A stretch of 64,000 nt of DNA, taken from NCBI GenBank assembly GCA_000091205.1, contig AP006494.2, one strand, 5' to 3'. Of this stretch, positions 61,754-64,000 are shown piece by piece. The translations under genes and the position numbers were made by a program. Numbering within the stretch: the stretch's first letter is position 1; each line of letters begins with the position of its first letter. The notes under the pieces are model-generated. The model saw nothing but the letters and a program-made list of their open reading frames with translations. It made no database searches and was not told where the DNA came from. This DNA is from Cyanidioschyzon merolae. Its lineage: Eukaryota.

Positions 61754-63806
61754 AATCCCTCGCACAGACCCGGGTGCAGACAACCTAGTCACTAGTGGGT
61801 GTACCATCCGAGATCGCAGCATGTGCGGCATCGCTGCGCCGTCTGACGCGGGGCTTGATCCATGGATCATCGCCGGTGACACCGTTCCCGGGAACACGCA
61901 CGCGCAGGACACGTTGCGGCGTCGTGTCAAGTGCAATCGAATGGCGGGATTCGAGCTGCGCAGGCCCGGCGTCCGAGTGTCGCATGCGTGCGGATCCGAA
62001 TGGACACACCCCAGGCAGCTGTGGATGCCTGACCTGCGGGGTCACGGTGCGCACACGAGGGCCGAGAGGCGCGGTGTGCGGCGCGCGCGAGCCGAGGTCA
62101 CTCCTGGCTTCCAGGGCATGCGACATCGAAGGAGGAATCCCGACTCCAGCAAGCCCAGGTGTCTCTGTGTGTCACTTTCTTGCACTTGGGGATATCTGCA
62201 GGGCGTGCTATGCCCCGTATTTGAACTCTTCACTGGTATTCATGGGGAATGGTGTGTGCGTTAGCGCCAAAGGCGGACGGTATCCGGTATATCGCATGCA
62301 GGCTGCGGCCTGATGCGTCATCACCCGCAGCACGATCTCGATGCGTATACGCGTTGTTTGCTTTTCAGGCGGCACAGAATCGTTTCCAGGAACGAGAGAT
62401 ACGTCACTGCTTGATGGTTATCGGCATCCGGGAGAGGCGTACTCGCAATGCGGATACGAATCCCGCCCCCTGTGTGTGCTCGGTAGCGCGGGGCTGCCCA
62501 GTTCCATCCCAGAGCCGAAAATCGCCATCCCATGTGCGTCGTCCGGGCGCCATCGGTGGCTCGCAGCGGCAGCGAAGTGCAGGGCGACAGGCACCTTTGT
62601 TCCGTGCATGCAAGCTCGATAGGCGTACCGGTTGACCGCATACCTCCGACGACGCCTACCTGCTGCAGTTTTGCGAGTCCCGTCAGCGCTCCGGCACCTG
62701 TTTCGAACACGTAACAGATCCGAATACCAGCAGAAGATTGGATTGCAGCGCTTGGTGGAGGCCGCTGGAAGCACCCGGCGCTCCGTGCTTCACTTGGAAG
62801 TTACCCAGCGCTCTGCTGTAAAGAACACACGACGCACCACACTCGAGTTATCGAGGACAGCACCCGAAATATGAAATCAGCAGGATCACGTCTGCTTATT
62901 GCGTCTCTTACCATGAAACAGCGCGCCTGTCAAATTACCCGCTACGGTACGGTTATACCAGCTGCAGACGAGCCAGTAAAGCCTACCTCACGGAATCGAC
63001 GCGACAGCGACTGCAGCTGCGTGACTGGCGGCCTCATCGAGCGTAAGTGGCGACATCGCGCACGGCCCTGAACTGCCGTCGAGTTCGGAGAGCGCCTGGG
63101 TATCGTGCTTCAGAAGAGCGGAAAGGTGGTTGCTGCTCTTTGCTCAGACGTTTTTTGTTCGTGTCATTGCTCCCTGTTTGGGGCATACACTTCCTCTCTG
63201 ATCTCCTGAATGCTTAGTAGATTAGGAACGAGTCGGGGAGGATCATCTGGGGCCGGGGCGAGAACGCTGCCTAAGCTGTCGCCGTCGCCACAAGCGCTGC
63301 CGCGTCACTCGGTGCAGCGCTGCGGCTGCAGCTGCTGCGGTGAACAGCACTACTCCCCGGAACTCATGCTGGTGGACGTGAATGTCGCCGCGTTAGGTTC
63401 TCGGGAACGTTCCCAAGGGTGGCTCCCCAAGGAGCACAGTAGCGCTTGCCTCGGTGGCTTCGTTGGACCCTGTTGGAACGTCAAGGGGGCGCCTCGGGGC
63501 GCCAGCAACTCCACCGGCGCTCAGTACACCTGCACGGGGCAACTGCGGAGTAGCTTGTGCGCACATGCATTGCACGCTTCCCGAGAGCAATGCATGGGTG
63601 GCAGAGGGCGCGCGAGCCTCTCTTGTGCGTCTCTAGTTGGCGGACGATCACGACGTGCGGAGCTCTTCACTCGATGCCCTGGAGCTGCAGGCAGGCTGAG
63701 GTCAACCGGCCGTTTTCCGCCCCGACTGTTGCCTGCTGGACAACTCATGGACAGTGGAGCGCGCAGCATGTATGCACAGGCCACAGGCGGTGCAAAAGGT
63801 CATCCC

Positions 63807-64000
63807 ATGAATGGCGATGTTCCGCGAGAACCAGCGAGCCCCAACGACAAACGAATAGAAAGCGAGGGTGAGTTGAACACGGACGCGATTGCCAAAGCAG
63901 ATGCCGCAAATGAGCACAAACGCGGACGACCAGCGACGCCTCAGCGGAGTCCAAAGGCTCCCGAGAACGCCACTGGTAAAGGCGGAAAGCGCAAAGATCG
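63807..64000 (+). CDS. 5' end of a gene running off the window; N-terminus with an AT-hook-like motif (KRGRPATPQRSPK)
   Basis: ATG at 63807 opens a frame with no stop to the window edge (MNGDVPREPASPNDKRIESEGELNTDAIAKADAANEHKRGRPATPQRSPKAPENATGKGGKRKD). Lys/Arg/Pro-rich with an RGRP core typical of AT-hooks. Absent from the ORF track because it has no stop. Confidence 0.3.
   Translation, partial: MNGDVPREPASPNDKRIESEGELNTDAIAKADAANEHKRGRPATPQRSPKAPENATGKGGKRKD

Noticed and set aside
1-64000. Prokaryotic, phage or plasmid interpretation of the window, looking for operons, RBS, CRISPR-Cas or defence islands
   Set aside because: The gene content is eukaryote-specific: reticulon, PHD, LIM, RING-CH, SHAQKYF MYB, eRF3, PEX-type AAA and FAF2-like UBX. 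There are large intergenic spacers and GC-rich codon bias without Shine-Dalgarno motifs or operon-like same-strand runs. The only prokaryote-derived signature is the TnpB/Fanzor-like gene, which is also known from eukaryotes and their viruses.

Overview
This 64 kb window reads as GC-rich, intron-poor eukaryotic nuclear DNA. Coding regions run at roughly 58-62% GC and intergenic regions nearer 45-50%. Genes lie on both strands, and most recognisable ones are single uninterrupted ORFs. I see no prokaryotic operon structure, rRNA, convincing tRNA or CRISPR array. Gene density, codon bias and a SHAQKYF-type MYB would fit a stramenopile or oomycete-like protist, or another compact-genome protist or fungus, but I cannot fix the lineage from sequence alone.

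Confidently recognised genes are IMP dehydrogenase, a FAF2/UBXD8-like UBX protein, riboflavin synthase, OGG1 8-oxoguanine glycosylase, a PEX1/PEX6-family AAA ATPase, an AUR1-like inositol-phosphorylceramide synthase, a RING-CH (MARCH-type) E3 ligase, a LIM-domain protein, an eRF3/HBS1-family GTPase and a reticulon-like protein. There are also two PHD-finger proteins, one MYB/SANT protein and several large hypothetical proteins, including a 1586-aa one.

The most unusual locus is a lower-GC island at about 3050-7800. Its 5481-7740 portion encodes a disrupted TnpB/Fanzor-like RuvC nuclease, so it is a candidate eukaryotic OMEGA-type RNA-guided nuclease or transposon remnant. The three catalytic motifs appear in canonical order: GADPG, VDEF.TSYT and RDFHAAVNI. 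Four 75-bp in-frame tandem repeats sit immediately before RuvC-I.

Second is a 633-bp near-perfect hairpin, with two 200-bp arms at about 98% identity around a 233-bp loop. It lies in the convergent 3' intergenic region between IMPDH and the UBX gene. Smaller observations include a degenerate Tc1/mariner-like transposase fragment, a partial AT-hook gene at the right edge, several short tandem repeats and low-GC non-coding blocks.
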